Source: Malacoraja senta
Taxonomy: Eukaryota
Length of the DNA: 64,000 nt
Direction: 5' to 3'
Assembly (NCBI GenBank): GCA_038087875.1
Contig: CM075987.1
Location: forward strand, 25,422,001-25,486,000
Each line of letters opens with the position of its first letter. Within the stretch, counting starts at the first letter, position 1. Shown in pieces: positions 61,501 through 64,000 of this stretch. The notes under the pieces are model-generated. The model worked only from the letters and a program-made list of their open reading frames with translations, was not told the DNA's origin and did not search any database. The translations under genes were made by a program, and so were the position numbers.

Positions 61501-61700
61501 CAACGCTCTTACCCCTTATACAATTATGTTGAAAAGTGGCCCTTTTTGATTTTTGCCATGGATTTGTCTGCCTGCCACTTTTATATTTCACCTTGCTACC
61601 TATTGCTTTTACCCCCATTTTACACCCCTCTGTCTCTCTGCTCACCCATTTAAGAACCCCACCACCTCTTATTCTCTGTTTATTATTGTTTTCTTCTTTC
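58586..61700 (-). mobile_element. CR1 (HER1-type) LINE, 5'-truncated near the ORF2 start, inserted in a Penelope 3' fragment (58368-58585 and 61700-61820)
   Basis: (ATAGAAAC)n tail; the Penelope host sequence resumes on both sides. Confidence 0.92.
58684..61645 (-). pseudogene. CR1 ORF2 (APE endonuclease + reverse transcriptase), disabled
   Basis: NARSI/ITETWL/MGDFN/SDHN endonuclease motifs; QHGF, DFQKAFD, GVPQGSVLGP, FADD RT motifs; in-frame stops at 60656 and 60209 and a frameshift near 59945. Confidence 0.93.
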
Positions 61701-62740
61701 CCCCCTACACTCCTCCGACATCAGTCTGAAGAAGGGTCTCGACCAGAAACGTCGCCCATTCCTTCTCTCCATAGATGCTGCCTCACCCGCTGAGTCCCTC
61801 CAGCATTTTTGTCTGCCATCCTCTTCACTAATGGAGGCTCACGTTGATATCATTTCGCGATACGATTCTGCTTGCACCCATCTTCAAAGTGTCATCGATG
61901 TGAAGCAGCAAGAAATCATAGATTAAAGTGTTATGTTCCTCAATATCCCTCTCTGAACAGTTAAAGCCATGGGGTGCCAAACGAAGGAGGTAAATTTCTC
62001 TGATGTGGACATATAAACCTTTTCATAAATTGTCTCCCGATTTTAAATGCAGTAAACAGACAAAACACTGTCTCATTATCTGATGCATCAAGACCTTCCC
62101 GAGGATAATGCTTCATTCTAAACCCATTAATAGTGAGTTACGGTTATTTTAAGAAGGACATTTGCAAATTCATGAACAGTTTGTGAAAGGAAGGTTATTT
62201 GAAAGAGGCCTTTTGCGACGTACAATCAAAACAACGTTTTTATTTGGCTTTTTTAACTTTACGATTAGAGCGAGCTGTCTGTTATTTGGTTGCTGAGAGA
62301 CATTCGTCATCCTTTTATTAGTTTTTATAGCAGATTTGTATTTGTGCAATGGAACATTGTCATCAGAATGTTAAAAAAAAAAAGCCTTTGAAGTGCAAGG
62401 TATGAATAGACCCTGGAGAGGTAATTGATGAAGCAAAAGATTTGTAACGATCCGCTGGCACTGTACTGAAGGATAATATATTCCCCATTTTAACTCTATA
62501 TTTTTGTTTCAGATGAATGATAGTACTGAATGATTCTGTGGTGGCTTCAGATTTGCAGAGATTAATGGATCTGGAAGCAAAGCTAGACACGGGAAAGAAA
62601 AATTATTGGGCTGGCATTTACTGGCGGCATTGAGTTGTTACTCGACTCACCTGTTGTGAACAGGCTTGGCTTTTTTGTGGATCAACGAACAATATGTTGC
62701 TCAAAGTCACCACGATGCAAAATGGAGTGTACTCTGGGTA

Positions 62741-63045
62741 TAGTTTAGTTTGGAGATACAGTGCGGAAACAGGCACTTCGGCCCACCGGGTCCGCAACGA
62801 CCAGCCATCCCTCTGCACTAACACTATCCTACACACACTAGGGACAATTTACAATGACACCCAAGCCAATTTACCTACAAGCCTTTGGAGTGTGGGAGGA
62901 AACTGGAGCACCCGGGGAAAGCCCACGCAGGTCACGGGGAGAACGTACAAACTCTGTGCTGCAGGCAGCACCCGTGGTCAAGATCGGACCCGGGTCTCTG
63001 CCGCTGTAAGGTAGCAAATCTACCGCTGCGCCACTGTGCCACCCC
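62741..63045 (-). mobile_element. HE1-type V-SINE
   Basis: Reverse complement of the consensus. Confidence 0.88.
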
Positions 63046-63569
63046 CCCCCCCCCCCAAAGTTCTGTCAGGCTAAGATCAATCCTTGGAATCCTGGTCACA
63101 ATCTAAACCATTCCCCGGTGTCTATTTTTGGATGGGGGCCCAAAAATGATATTTTATTCTGTTTATGAAAGTGCGTCACAGTGAGCCAAAACAAAAATAA
63201 GATGAATGATTGGTTTCTAAAACAGTGACGGAAGTCCTAGTGACAGAAAAATTAGCATCTAAAAGGAATTGCAGGCGCAGGAAATCTGAAATAAAACCAG
63301 ACAATGCTGGAAACATATAACAGTTCAGGTCCATGTCTCTTCATCCAGTCACAGAGTGAAATCAATGTCTCAAGCAAGGTCTTGACCAGCAACGTCATCT
63401 ATCCATGTTCTCCAGAGATGTTGCCTGACCTGCTGTGTTACTCCAGCAGTTTATGTCCTTTTATCATTACCTCAGTCACTCAGGCATGTTCCAGTTTTAG
63501 TTTATTGTCACGTGTACCGAGGCACAGTGAAAAGCTTTTGTGGGAGATAGCTGGTAATTTAAACAATTT

Positions 63570-64000
63570 GGCCTGTCCCACTTAGGCGATTTTTTAGGCG
63601 ACTACAGGCGACTAGGCTGTCGCCACATGGTCGTGGGGGTGTAGTGTATGGTCGTGAGTCGTCTCCTCAGTCGCCCAAAGAATCGTAGCGTTTTTCTGGT
63701 GGCTGCTGGATTTTGAAATGTTCATAACCTTTCGACGACAGTTGGCTTGACGCCGATGAGCGTAGCTTGACTTCTCCTGACGTAGGTGCTGTCGTAGGTT
63801 GTCGCCAGGTGATGTAGGTTGTCGCCGGTGCTGACTTCGGTGAATTCCTTTGGCGACTACCTACGTTAATCTACGTCAACCGGTGACTGGTACCGGCGAC
63901 TGAATTGTCTTAAGTTGTCTTCTGTTGTCGCCGACTGGGTCGTGCCATGTCGTAGCTTGTCGCGGGTGGACGTAGGTTGTCGTAGGTGTGGTCATAGGTT
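63570..64000. mobile_element. Harbinger-type non-autonomous element running off the window
   Basis: GGCCTGTCCCACTTAGGCGATTTTT matches the TIR at 16877; shares internal GCTGGATTTTGAAA; many GTCG repeats. Confidence 0.7.

Noticed and set aside
62363..62590. 75-aa ORF in unique sequence
   Set aside because: Non-ATG start, no recognisable motif and no convincing splice sites

Overview
This is vertebrate, repeat-dense non-coding DNA, almost certainly from a cartilaginous fish (shark, skate or ray). The assignment rests on dozens of HE1-type V-SINEs and HER1/CR1 LINE fragments. I cannot support any host protein-coding exon, so the window is intergenic or part of a large intron. There is a 200-N assembly gap at 4172-4371. 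The window contains: about 27 HE1-type SINE copies or fragments; many CR1 3' fragments and one nearly complete CR1 ORF2 (58586-61700, minus); Rex1/Babar, L2, Tx1/L1, RTE and Vingi-like LINE remnants; a very abundant Penelope-derived repeat with a hammerhead-ribozyme core; a ~140-bp SINE-like family whose 5' end folds as a minimal HDV/CPEB3-like ribozyme (3 copies); Harbinger-type and P/hAT-type MITEs; and a Helitron-like element carrying two minisatellites. A degenerate DIRS element (37967-44119) hosts a young, internally deleted Ty3/Gypsy element (39874-41731) with one open Gag-integrase fusion ORF, all within a four-level nest of retroelements. The most interesting signals are the two ribozyme-bearing short retroelement families and the minimal Gypsy element. 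Coordinates of degraded repeats are approximate. Family names come from motif recognition, not from database searches.
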